From assembly GCA_004431415.1 (NCBI GenBank), contig QPMI01000515.1, forward strand, positions 62,001 to 126,000: 64,000 bases of DNA. Reading direction: 5' to 3'. Numbering within the stretch: position 1 is the first letter of the stretch; the number at the start of each line of letters is the position of its first letter. Under the pieces are notes generated by a model. It did not search any database. It saw nothing but the letters and a program-made list of their open reading frames with translations, and was not told where the DNA came from. Shown here one piece after another: positions 1-13,600 of this stretch. The stretch is from Cyanophora paradoxa CCMP329 (lineage: Eukaryota; Plantae; Glaucophyta). The translations under genes were made by a program, and so were the position numbers.

Positions 1-629
1 AGATGTGGAAACCACTCTTGAGTATCGATATCCCCCTCCTCTGTGCGATCTTGCACCTCGGTATCCTTTTTTACCCAGTTTTCATTAATATTCCAGCGCT
101 AGTGCTCAATGTCCGCGAACGATTGTGACCTGGCATGCTCTCGCAGGGCTCTCTCAGACTCTGCCGCCGAGATCGACAGGCACGTGCACGTCTGACCTCG
201 AGGCTCTTGTGCTCTTGCTCCCGCACTTCCCTCTCTAGGCTCCACTCTCTGGAACCTAGTGACTGCATGCGCACCCCACCCCTAGGCCTCCGCCGCGTCC
301 TTCTCGATCCTCTTGTCTGAACTTCAGCTAGCGCTCGTCCTAGATAGCACCCACCTTCTTCTCCGGATCCGGGCTTTTTACTCAACCTTTTCTCTTTGTC
401 TGCCCTTCTTCCTCTTGCCCCCCTTGCCCCCTCCTATATTCCTTTCCTACCAAGTCATACATTGCTTCAAAAGGCCACCCCCCCCCCCCCCCACCCCACC
501 CCACCCCCTCCTCCTCCTCGTCCTCCTCCTCCTTCCCCCCCCCCCCCCCCGCCCGCCCCCTCCACCTGTGCCCTACCTTAAGATATGCTTAATCTGCTTC
601 AGTTGCAATCGCTTCAGCCGTTTCTCCAG

Positions 630-1625
630 TCGCTCTGCTGAGAAGGGCGCAGTGCTCTCGATCGGAACGCAGGACCAGACTTCTTTCAGCTTCATGAAAC
701 TCAGCCAGTCTACCACTCTGGGCGCTCCTATGACCGTGGAGTTCTGGTGCGTCTGTCTCAAATCGCAATCGTTATATAACGCATGACCAGGATGCGCATC
801 AATGACGTCGCTCATCTCGGGAGTACATGGCCCTATCTGATGATACAGCACAACTATCCAGAGCCACCCGACCTTGTCACGGACAGCTCGCGAAAATGGA
901 ATGATGGATGGGGGATCGTCTGGAGAACCGAAAGCGCATATCCGGAAGGAACGTACATGCTAATTGCAAGAGGCATGAATAACCAACCTACAAACGATTG
1001 GTGTGAGACTCGGGTGGTCGCACCAAACGGATTCAGCTCAGACGTTTATTTTACGTCAGCTGTGGTCCGCTGCTTCCGCTCTTGCGCATGCAATTATCCA
1101 CCTTCGCCCCCGCCTTACACATACATCTTACCTACAACGCGCGCAGCAAGGCGTGTGGCGGCACTACGCGGTGCGCGCGCGTGTTTCTTTATTGTATCTG
1201 TCTTGGAATGCAGCGAATGCAAGCTTGCCATTTCACAGCTTTCCTTGTCCGCTGACGGAACATTGTCGTTCTACATAAACGGCGTATCCAAAGGCTCGAC
1301 TACCGTAGTTCATTGCAGCGGCGATAATGGCGGGCCCATAACGAACTATCTCGTCATTCCGACTATATCGCGGGCGACGACTGCTTTCGGCATCGGTGCT
1401 TGGGCCTTCGCCCCGATGGCTGAAGTTGATCTTTCCGGTGCGACGCGCTGTAAATATGCAACGGGCGGTCGTGGGTCGGATCTCTTTGAATGATCTGCGA
1501 GTGGGCAGAAATTAGAGCGTGGTCCGTCGCGCGCTCGGCCACGGAGATCGCGGCGAGCTGGGCAACCACCGTGGACCCCGCCTCGTCGGGTCTCGTCATC
1601 TACTTCCCCTTGGCCGGAGACTACG
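630..1625 (+). other. Laminin G / concanavalin A-like domain exons of gene 1
   Basis: Spliced peptides TLGAPMTVEFWMRI, GVWRHYA|LSLSADGTLSFYINGV and EIRAWSVARSATEIAASW...SSGLVIYFPL match the LamG-like motif pattern (TxExW; WxHxA; LYxNG; DExRIWxxARS). Confidence 0.75.
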
Positions 1626-4600
1626 TGAGCCGCATCGACCGCGCCCTGCTCGCGCCCCTCCATCATGATCATGATCACGACTGAATTGCGCGCGCGCGTC
1701 GTAGAACGGATATGCCAACGGTGTCGGGACTGCATTGCAGAAGCTTTCCTGGCAATTCACATTCGAGACATACAGTTGGATCCCACCCGCTATGATGTTT
1801 CCCCCGAGCACGCCAGGGACCCCCTGGTCCAACGTCAACACGAACATGGACGCCAACAACGGGATGTATGCCACGGTGTACTGGGGTCCTTCAGACCCTC
1901 AAGGCTCCGCAATCACGAAGGTACGAACGCTCGGGTATTTGTGGCTGCGCATGCTGTTCCTCTCAGACTCTGCCCGATGGGAATGCAGTACACTCTGACC
2001 ACTTCCATCAACAACAACGGGTACACGTCCTGCGCGTTCAACCGGTTCACTTCCGGGGCTGAGGACCTGTGGGGCACCCCGACGTCGCTCGGCCGCTACA
2101 TGTGCCCCGGTCCGCGCGCTGCTGTAGCGTTTCTGCACGCTTGCTTTCAGCACTTCAGCTCTGATTCGCTCTTGAATTTCTTAGGTTGGACCTACAGCTT
2201 CTCTGTCACGGCTGCAAATGGGATAGGGACGAGTGGAGCATCCGGCACGCACACATATACGGCCCCCAGTGCGCGCGCGCTTTATATTATCGGGCCGGTG
2301 TGCTTACCTAATAACCTTCGAATTTCCAGTCTACGACAGGAGGCTATGGACGGCCAACGCTCTGGCGGTCTCGGCAATTTCGACAACGTCGGTCAGTGTT
2401 GGAGTCTCCTGGAGCTTGATATACGGCAGGCCGGGCACGCCGGCGTACGCTTCGAACGCTGTCGCCACGACGTGCACGTCGACCAGCTCGCCGAGCGTGA
2501 CGCTGACGAGCACGCGCTCCCTCGCGGCCGAGTCGACGTCGGTCGCGGCGGGGCCGCTGTCGGGATTCCCCGAACTCTCGACCGCGTACACCATTTCGTG
2601 CACGTCGACCATCACGCAGGCCGACGGGCACTCTCTGACCACGTCGGGATCTCAATCGTCTTCCCCTGGTGCCCACCACCGCCTCTCGTCCTACCATAAC
2701 CATGGCGTATCTGAACCTTGCGCGCAGCAAAGACCGTCACTTCTTCGCTCTCCTTTACAGTGTCCGCTGCCTCTGCGACATCTGTCACGACCTCGGCAAT
2801 CAGCTGGACTCTCTCGGCCAGCGGAGCGGCCGGCTCGCCCACATTGAAGACGCTTCTGGTTTCCTGCACAAACAACGGCCTCACGCAGTCGACGACACGC
2901 ACGCTTTCGGTGTCGGGCACGACGTCCGAGGCCGCCGTCACGGTTTCGGGCCTGACGGACACCGCGTCGTACCACACGTACTGCACGGCGACCCTCTCTT
3001 ACTCGTACGCGAGCACTGCAACGGGCACCGCGAATATCATCGGTAAGTACTGAACAGCTTTACATGCTGAATGCTGCGATGATGAGAGCTGCAAACAGTG
3101 CCGGACAAGACCGTGCTGAACAACGCCCTCTCCATGATTGTGTCCCCCTCCTCGATCTCGTCCATCCTCGTCTCCGGCCTGGCGTGGACCCTCACGCCGG
3201 GCCTGTTCAGCACGCCGTCCTACCCGAGCCTCACCGTCGCCTGCACATGGAACGGCGAGACTCGATCCGCCGCGCTCACGGGCATAGCTCCCGTGTCCCG
3301 GTCGGCCCAGTCCTTCAATGTCAGCGGCTTCAGACCGAGCACCACGTCCTACCGCGTCAACTGCTCTGCGACTCTCCTGTACTCGAGCGGCGGCCCTGCG
3401 AGGGCGTCCAACGCGACCAACTCGACCGCCGGTGCGCCGGCTGCTCCGGCACTGGCGCTGACACCTGCGGCGCACCGACACTTTACTTGCGCAGCCCAGT
3501 ACTGCGTCCAGACGGCAATGACTACGCTGTGCCCTGGAGTGTCGGGCCTGCCCATGAACTCGACTCTCCTCCCGGTGTCCAGCTCGTGGTCGAACGCGTC
3601 GTCTTTCGAGTGCCTCTTGCCGTTCTACAACACGACGTCAGTCTTCTGCGCCACTTCGGACGACGCGCCGCAGTACCTGTGGGAGTCTACAAACAAGCCT
3701 CTGGTTCCAAACTCGCTGCTGACCTCGACGTCGTGGGTCGTTCCCGCGTACCGAACTGCCAGCCTGTACCGCTGCATCTCCCGGCTTGTCTTCCAAGGAG
3801 TGGGCTTCCAAGATGCCATGACGAGGCTAATCGAGCAAGCTTCGCCGACGACGTGCATTGTTCCCGCGGGTAAAAAATTTCCTGCCTCAATTGCAAGCGT
3901 GCACGTGCACGGACGAGACGAGGGGCGCTGACTGGCGCCTCCACAGCGCCCGCACGGTGGGTGCAAGGGGACGCGCTGCAGTTTACCGTCGCGGCGACGT
4001 CGACGACCTCGGTCGCGACGTCCGCCGTCGCTTGGGCTCTGCCCTCCGAGGGCGCCATCGACACGCCCATCTACGGCAACCTCACCCTGACGTGCACCGG
4101 CAACGGCGTCACTCGGTCAGCCACGTACGGCCCCGTCACGCCGGGTAGCTTCTCCGCTCCCGCCTTCACGATAGCTGGGTTCCCCGAGGAGCCTTTTGCG
4201 TACTCCATTGCCTGCACGGCCTCCCTCCCGTACGAGCCAGCAAGCACGGCCACCGCAACAAAAACAGTGTCGTCTCTGGCCGGTGCGCATTTCAGCTGCA
4301 GATGCAAAGCTGTTTCGAAATCAGTACGTTAACTCTTGCTCTCAACAGCGCGGTCGGTGACGAGCCCGCTTTCCTTTGAGATTCGAGTCTCGAACGCATC
4401 GGCGGGCGCGATTACGACAAGCGAGGTCTCCTGGTCCCTGTCGGCCGGCGGCGCCGCTGACTCGCCGGCCTACTCCGGCCTTCGGCTTTCGTGCACCAGC
4501 GATGGGCAGACCGAGACGAGCGTAGTTCTAGATGAAAACCTGCCGCGGCCCGGCTCGGCGTCGGCAACCAACGTGACTGTGTCTGGTTTGCCAGACATGT

Positions 4601-7600
4601 CCTTCTTCAATGTTATCGTAAATTGTACAGCGATGCTGCACTACTCCAACTCGGGCGTAGCCAGTGGAACGGCGCGGATCGTTGGTGAGCACAGGGAGCA
4701 GGAGCCTGCTTTCATTGTGCTTCAGGCGGTGCGGCTGACAGTGCTTGGCAGACTTGGTCGACTCGCGCGCGATTGGCCTGTGGACTTCGACCGCGACTGC
4801 TCAGGAAGCGTACGACGCCGGAGGGCTTCGGCACAGGATCGCGCTTTCCACCCCAGCTGTACTCGTGAACGGTGCCATGGATCGATCTTGCAACCCGTTT
4901 TCGACTCTGTTAACGTTTCGCCTTTGAAACGCGGGTGCAGCGGAGGGCAGCGTGCTCTCCGTGGCGGTGGACGTGGGGTCGGGCGAGGCCCGATCCTTGC
5001 CTCTGGAGCTGTCGGGCTCCTGCCTTTTCAACGACAAGGGCTGGATTTTCCGCGGCTTCGGGCGCGCGGCGTTCTTCGTCGCCCATACTGGCGACAGCTT
5101 TGAAGCCATCGACGGCTCGCGCATTCCAGCGGGATCACGGTGTCCCCTCCATTTACATGCGGCACTTTCTCCTTCTGATCACGAACGCTTGCCTCTTCTT
5201 CCTTTATCCTGCAGATACTACGAGTGGGGTCAGTGCATTGCAATGGGTTTTACGCATCCTGCTTCGCGCTGAGCTTACACTCAGGCGGGGACAACTCGAC
5301 ATGCTACGACGTGAACGTGGGCACTGCGGAGCAGATCAGCAGCCGCGCGCGCCGGTCCCCCGTCTCGGTCGTGTTTGGTGGCAAGGTGCTTGATGCATGC
5401 GGACGTGCCTATCGAATCGGTCTGAAGTAGCCCCGCGCGCAGCTGTTCGTTGCAGGTGGGCTGCGGTTCGATGCCGCCACCGGCAGCTACACGCCCACGA
5501 GCTCTATCATGTGCGCTGCCAGCCGCAATGCTCTTTCATGTCTTGGCTGACTGGGCACCGTCGAATGTCCGACCCTCCAGATTCTACGACCCCGCGGCCG
5601 CGGCTACAAGCACAGCCGGCTGGGGCACTCTCATTTCGCACACGGAGTCGGGCGGCCCAAGGACGGACATGGCGCAAGGCGCTGTGTACGGTTCGTGGCC
5701 CAATACGAAAGCATTCGAATTCCGTCGCGGTCTGACTGACCGCTTTGTTCGCGGCAGACGGCAAGCTGTTCTATTTCGGGGTAAGCAGACGTGCACGCGC
5801 GCGCCCGGTCCCCGTTGCAAACACGAGACTTATCCATTTCGCAACATATATAGGGGCGGGACGCGTCGTGGACGCCGACGGACGATCTCTTCTATGCGGA
5901 CCTCACTGGCGCCACGTCGCAGTGGATCACAGTGGCGCAGGTACGATTCGACGGTGACTGTAATATTTGTGGTCCACAGCTCAGACCATTTCCGCTGCAG
6001 AGAGGGGCAGAGGCGCGGCAGGGAGGCGGAGCGTGGGCGTGTGGACCGATGTTCTTCCTCGCGCGCGGCGGCAGCGGTGTGGAGGATGCATTCCTCAGCA
6101 CGGCCCGTGTCGCCAACCTCTCTTCCGTGCATGTTTCGAACGGCCAACAAGTCGGTGCATGCGCGCTGCTCGTTTCTTTCGAATTCGGAGCGCTTTGTAC
6201 TTACGTCAATATTCTTTGCGCCAGTTCTGTTCGACTTGGCTGCCTCGGACATTCCTGGAGGCGAAGGCTCACAGCCAGCGGTCACGGACCTCGAGCTCGA
6301 GCTCCAGTGTGGCAGCTACTTTGTCGGGTCGCAGGCCCCCGGCCTCGTCGTTCGGCTTCGTGCGCCCTTCGCTTTTCACTTTGTCTGCGTCTCGTCTTTA
6401 TTTGTTTGTTGCAGAGGCAAACGTGTCGCCGCTCGGCGTGCTGATGCTGAGCAAGCGCGTCGCCAACTTCACCGACTTCGTTGTCGAGCCCGTCTCTCCC
6501 ACGGCGGTCCGGACGACTCCTCTCTCCTGGGTTCTCACCGAGGACGGCGAGCCCGGCACGCCCTTCTACTCCGGACTCGTTGTCACGTGCTCGACCACGC
6601 ACGAGGGCCGCTCGTGGGAGCGCCAAGTCGTCGTCTCCGACATCCCGGGCGGCGCGTCCGGAATTCCCGACGGATTGATCTTGGACGGGTTCCCCGAATC
6701 ATCGACCTCATACAGCATCGCATGCAACGCGAAGCTGTCCTACTCTGGGCGGTCCGCCATCGGTTTTTCGCAGCCAGCGCTGTCGTCTGCGGGTTCGTGC
6801 TTCCGGCTGCAATTGCAACTGCTTGAAGCTGCTCGAGCTGGTGCTTACCGCCGCTCAGCTAAACGCGTGCTGGCCATCGACGCATTCACACTTCAAGAGG
6901 TCTCCAGCACCTCGGTGCGGACATCGGCGATCAGCTGGACTCTCAGCGCAGACGGTGCTCCCGGCTCGCCCTCGTACAGCTCACTGCGGGTGACGTGCGA
7001 GACGGACGGGTCGACGGCGAGCGCGTCGTTCGACGGCCCCATCGTCCCCGGCTCGACGACGGCGGCGGCCGCTGCGCTGCAGCCGAACGATACGACCGCT
7101 GGCTCCGGCGTTGTTGTCGAGGGCCTTCCGGACACGTCGCTCTTCAACGTGGTCATCGACTGCACGGCGGTCCTTCGCTTCTCGTCGGACGGCGTCGTCT
7201 CGCGATCTTCCCAGCTCATTCGTGCGACGATGCTATGCGCCGCAGCCGCGCCGCAGCAGCTGACTGGCGCGAGCACGCAGTGCTGAGGGCGCAGAGAGGC
7301 GCCACGGTCACGCCGACGGAGTACACAATCAGCTCGCTTCCGGAAGATCAGGAGGGCTCCGCTGGTCTTCAGGGCGGGCTAACCCTGTCGGCTCCACGCC
7401 AGCTGACATCCGGTGCGGGTTGTTTGTCGTGGCTGCTCAAAGTGATCGAATTACACTGGCTCTCATTATAATTAACTTTACTGACCGCTTCGGCAAACGC
7501 GCAGGTCAGGGCCAAGTGACCATCTTCCCCGGCTCGACAACAGCCAGCTGGGCCCCGCTCAATCCGCATCCATCATGTGCATTTAGCGACGGTGGCGCAA

Positions 7601-10600
7601 TTTTTCGCGCAATTGGCTCAAGGGCGCTCTTCGTGGCCCACACGGGCGAACCGTATGACGACGCCGACGGAAATCGCATCCAGCAGGGCGCGCGGTATTA
7701 TGAGTGGGGTGCGCATGCCCCAGCAGAGTGATTAAGCGTTCTTCCAACGTTAAGGAGTGCTCATCAGATGGCGCGAATTCAACGTGCAACGACGTGAACA
7801 TCAGAACGGCGGCAGAGATCAACAGCCGAGCCCGCCGCGGACCCCTGAGCGTGGTATTTGGTGGGAAGGTGCTTGATGCCCGGTCGCTGTCATCACGTAT
7901 CCATCCAAACTTAAGAACACTTTCTCGAAATTGCATCCAGTTGTTTATGGCCGGCGGGTGGCAGTTCGATGCAAGCAGCGGCGGCTTTATCTTATCAAGT
8001 TCACTAATGTCCGCAATTCGCGCTAAATTATCTCATGACCAGCGCATGTGCGCTCGCTGAAACAGTGCGCCGATCAGATACTACGATCCTACAGCTGTGG
8101 ACGGCAGCTGCTGGAGAGTGCTCATCGCTGCCTCTTCTCCTGGCCCCAAGACCGACTCTGCCCAGGGAGCTGTATACGATTCTAAGCTCTTTTACTTCGG
8201 GGTGCGCACGCCAGCTCGACTTGCGAAAGCCGCGGCAGCTTTGATCGACCGCTCTTGTTCCAGGGCCAGGACTCTTCGTTTGAGCCGTCGGCCTCTCTCT
8301 TCTACGCAGACCTCACCGCTTTTACTCCGCAGTGGATCGAGGTGGCTCAGGCGCGTCGTTTGGAATGACTGAAGCTTTGGCCGAAATAACTGATTGTTTT
8401 CTGCAGGGCGGGGCTGCCGGCCGGCACGGCGGGGGCGCTTGGGCATGCGGGAATCTGTTCTTCGTGGCTCGCGGGATGGTGTCCGCGAACGCAACATCAA
8501 GCGAAGTCTCGGGCTTCGCAACCGACGTGCTGTACACTGACCTGTCACCCATCACGTTTAGCGTCAATGAGGGTTAGTCGCAATTGCGTTCTGACAGCGG
8601 CTTTGCTGAATTTATTTTTATATTATATAACGCGTGCTCGCGGTCGCAGTATCCTTTGTGCAGGCTGGTGCTGGCCTCCCGGCAGGATCAGGATCGCAGC
8701 CGGCCGCTCAAGCCGATCTCGAAGGGAAGTGCGGGGCATATTTTGGGGGCTCGGACGTTCCGGGCCGCATTCTGAAAATAGGTGCGCCTGCTCCGCTTAA
8801 GCTTGTCTGTAATTATAAAGCCCGGTCTTTTCCGTGACCTCGCGCATCACAGAGACGAACGTCGCGCCCGACGGATCCGCGCTCGTCAGCAAGCGCGTCC
8901 TGTCGTTCAATGCGTTCTCCGTCCAGGCCGTCTCGCCGACGTCCGTGCGGACGACGGCCCTCTCGTGGACGCTGACGGACGAGGGCTCTGCCGGTACTCC
9001 GTTCTATCGGGACCTGACCGTCACCTGCGCCTTTGGCGAGAACAGCACGCGCTCTGTCGTCATATCTCCCTTGGAGGCGGGCTCGACCGGCGCGCTCCAG
9101 GGCGTGACCGTCGCTGGCTTCCCGGAATCCGACAGCGCGTACGACATCTCCTGCTCGGCCAGCCTCGCGTATTCGGGCCGCTTCTCCACTCAGATAGCAG
9201 CCCCCATCTCCTCAATGTCGAGTGAGCGCCGATGCATTTCTTGTGCGCCGCGGAGCTCGATTTGACGCACAGCGGTCCCGCAGTCCGAACGGTCACGCAA
9301 GTCAACCCGTTCTTAATCACGCTGCTCGACAGAACGACGGTACAGACCTCGGTAATCACTTGGGCGCTCTCCTTCTCGGGCGCTCTGGGCTCTCCATCCT
9401 ACACGAGTCTGAAGCTCACGTGCCTGAACGACGGGGAGGCGCTGTCCGTCCTTAATGCGACGGCGATTCCCGACGGGGCCACGAACTCGACGGCAAACTT
9501 TACTGTCGACGGGCTGCCGGACACAGAGTGGTTCGACGTCTCGTGCACGGTGACGATTCTGTACGGCGACGGGAGATACACGGCAAGCGGCACAAGCGTT
9601 CTCTCCCGTGCGCACGAGCGTTTATTTTTGGATTACCCATCCATTCCCAAAGTGATCCCTGTCGCAGCTCGCCCTCGGACTGTATACCTGACGCGGGTTT
9701 CCATAAGCATCCCCGGGGCGCCGAACGAGGTCCGGCGCCGGGCATCGCTCGTTTCCCCGCAGCAGCTGGTTGTGGGTGCGCCTGATATCGATGAATTGAT
9801 ATACAAGTCAAATAATGGCCGAGACGTTCAGCTTAACACGAGCGCAGGTCAAGGCGGCGTGCTCTCTGTTGCTCTGAAGCCTGCATCGAACACTGCAGGC
9901 TGGGCGGCACTGGCGCTCGACCCTTCCTGCGACTTTACCGACGAAGGCTGGGTCTTCCGCGGCTTCGGCTCGAGGTCATTCTTCGTTGCTCACACCGGCG
10001 ACGGCTACGAAGCGGCCAGCATCAGTGGCAACAGCAACGGCACTCGCATCTTGGAGAATGCGCGGTCCGTGCTTCTATTAGTTTTGTGGACGCTCGCCTG
10101 CCTCACAGCTGCGTGCTTCTTTCCGTGCTGTGGACATCGTTCAGCTACTACGAATGGGGTTTGTGCATCTCATCCACATGAGCTCTTGACAGGGACACTC
10201 ATCGCGAAGCAGATGGGGATAATTCGACGTGCAACGACGTGAACGTGGGTACTGTGGAGGAAATCAACAGCCGCGCGCGCCGATCCCCCGTCTCGGTTGT
10301 ATTTGGCGGCAAGGTGCTTGATGCGGGTGTGCCTACCGAATGGGTCTGACTCAGCCCCGCGCGCAGCTGTTTGTGGCGGGCGGGCTGTGGTTCGATGCCG
10401 CCACCGGCAGCTACGCACCCACGAATTCCATCATGTGCGCTGCAGCTGCCTGCCCTGATGCGCCTTTGCATCTCGCGCGTTTGATGGGCTGACCGACCGA
10501 TCTTTCAGATTCTACGACCCCGCGGCCGCGAATTCAAGCGCAGCCGGCTGGGGCACTCTCATTCCGCACACGGAGTCGGGCGGCCCGAGAACAGACATGG

Positions 10601-13600
10601 CGCAAGGCGCAGTGTACGGTCCGTGGCCCGATACGATAGCATTCGAATTCCGTCGCGGTCTGACTGCGCGCTTTGCACGCGGCAGACGGCAAGCTGTTTT
10701 ATTTCGGGGTAAGCACCGAGCACGTCCGGCACCCGTCGCAAACACGAAACTTATCCATGTGGCGACACAGGGGCGGGACGCGTCGTGGACGCCGACAGAC
10801 GATCTTTTCTACGCGGACCTCAACGGCGCCACCTCGCATGCGCAGTGGGTCGCCCTTGTCCAGGCCCGCCCTTTTCGCGCTCTCCATCTCCATCCTTTGA
10901 GACTCGAGCGAACTTGCCGCTGAGCGTTTGCGCACAGAGTGGAGCCGAGGCGCGGCAGGGAGGCGGCGCGTGGACGTGCGGTCCGCTGCTTTTCTTGGCG
11001 CGCGGCAGTAGCGGCATAGACGGCGGTTTCGTGCCGAGCGCCATCTACGCAAACCTGTCGACGGTGTCAATCCAGAACACGTCCGCTGCAGGTACTCACG
11101 TCGGCCTATCTGGAAAAGAGCTGCCTTGAATAAGCTGTCTTGCTGATTGCTTTCGATTAGGCGTGCTCCTCTTTTCGAAAGCAGTCGGGAACGTGCCTGT
11201 CGGAGAGCTCTCACAGGTCGCGTCAATGGAATCTGCGGGCCGATGCGGAGCCTATTTTATGAACACGAAGGACAGCACAGCAATATTGAAGCTAGGTTTG
11301 TTGAATCCATCGGAGGTTTCTCATCGCCGACCCTTCTCGCTGATGCGTGCTGGTGCAGAGGCCAACGTTCTTTTCACCGGTCTGCCGGATAGCAACAAGC
11401 GCGTCACAACGATCAACGCCTTTACAGTTACTCCGACCTCGAGCTCCTCCGTCCGCACGTCGGCATTCAGCTGGCGCCTGTCCATCACCGGCGATGCCGG
11501 GACGCCGGAGTTTGTCGGGATGACAGTAACGTGCTCCATTCTCAGCCTCGCCCAGAGCCGGTCGGCGTTCGTCGGAGAGATTCCCACGGCCAGCATCCGA
11601 CTCGCTGCAGTGGAGGTGGTAGGATTGCCGGAGCGGGCGGAATCCCTGCCCATCGTGTGCACGGCCGAACTGGTTTTCTACGGAGGCAGCGTGACAAGGG
11701 ACTCGGCAGCTGTCGCCTCGATCCCGGGTATCGCTTTCTCGCTCGTGCTCTTTTCGTTTAGATACTAATTCGTGCACAGCGCGAAACGTAACAAGCATCG
11801 AGCTGCTCAGCGTTGTTGCTAGATCTACGACTTCCGTCCAGGCCCCAGCTCTGGCCATTAACTGGACCCTGTCGGCGGCGGGCGATGCCAACTCGCCGGC
11901 CTACACAAGCCTGACATTGACGTGCACGGGGATGAACGTGACGCAGTCGTCTGTCGTGCCTGCCTCGGAGCTGCAGCCGGCTTCAACATCATACAACGCT
12001 TCCATTTCCGTCGGAGGGCTGCCCGAGTCCTCCAGCTCGTACCCAATCACATGCACGGCTAGCATCGCTTTCTTTGGAGGCGCAAGCATGGCAGTCAGCA
12101 CCGAACTCACGCTTCAATCCATGCCTTGTGCGTGTCACTTATTATATAATCACATAAGCTTTAATTTTATTTCTCAACGACATCCGTGAACCGCGCACCG
12201 CAGCGAAGCAAGTTTCGGCCCTTGGCCACTTTGACATACTGGTCAACAGCTCCACCTCAATAACGACTTCTCCCATCTCCTGGATGCTCTCAGCAGCCGG
12301 CCAGCCGGGAACGCCCAGCTACCGCAGTCTTTTTCTCGTGTGCTTGAACGGGAACTACACGGCCAGCGCAAAATACTACAGTTCCATTCCAGACGGGGCC
12401 ACAAGGACAGACGCGGGCATCTATTTGAACGGGCTGTTCGACACTGCTAATCATCATGTTTACTGCACTACTGAGATGGAGTTCGCTTCAAATGAGACGC
12501 GTTCAGGAGAAGCGTCCTTGATTGGTGCGCAATTGTTACAGACCCCTATCTTTTAACATCCTTCATAGCATACCATTATATATATATTGCTTACCAGTGC
12601 ACCGTTCTCACGTCTCTGATTTTTTTCACCGACAGTGCCGGACAAGGTTGTGGTGAACAACTCCCTCTCCATGGCGGCTGCGCCCTCCTCGATCTCGTCC
12701 ATCCTCGTCTCCGGCCTGGCGTGGACCCTCACGCCCGGCCTCTTCAGCACGCCCTCCTACCCGAACCTCACCGTCGCCTGCACGTGGACCGGCGAGACTC
12801 GGACGGCCGTGCTGCAGGGCATCCCCGACGTGGCCACGTCGGCGCAGGCGATCAACGTCACGGGCTTCACGCCGAGCACGTCGTCGCACCCCGTGAGCTG
12901 CAGCGCGACTCTGTACTACTCGACGGGCGGACCCGCGACGGGTGCCGCCTCAACCGTGTCGACGGCCGGTGCGCGTGCCGCGGGCCGGCGCGCTCGTGGA
13001 ATACGCGCTGACCGCTGCGTGCAGCGACGTACTGCGTGGCGAGCAACGTCACGATGGCGTGCCCTGGCCTGACGGGCCTGGCCATCAACACGACCCTCAT
13101 CCCGTCGTCGACCTCGTGGCACACGACCTCTTACGAGTGCATCCCGCCGGCTTTCGAGACCGTCAGCGTGTCCTGCACGGGGCCCAGGGCGGGCTCGGCG
13201 ACGTACAAGCAGAACAGCACGGCGGGCGCTGTCGCGTCGAACGAGCCGTCGGCGTTCGTGGGTGTGGCCGTGCCGCCGCTGGCGGGGAGCGTGGCGTACC
13301 AGTGTCGGTCCACGCTGCACTATGTCGGGGTCCGCTTCAATGCAACCGCAGCGCATCTTGTGCAGGCAGCCATGTCGACTTGCGCCGTTCCTGCGGGTGC
13401 GCGCTGCCCAGCTGCCATGTCAGGTTCAGAATCCGGATCTGACTGCGTCAACCTGCAGCTCCGGTGCGCTTCGTGGCTGACAACGCACTAGCGTTGACCG
13501 TAACGCCGACCTCAACGACATCCGTTGCAACATCTTCAATCTCGTGGCTGCTGCTGCCTTCGGCCGGCGCGATCGACACCCCTGTGTACGGGAACATGAC

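Noticed and set aside
313-581. Proline-rich extensin/formin-like ORFs (also 21216-21430, 26738-27226, 57515-58055)
   Set aside because: They arise from C-rich tracts. At 26.6-27.0 kb and 57.5-58.0 kb these lie in introns whose flanking exons join in frame.
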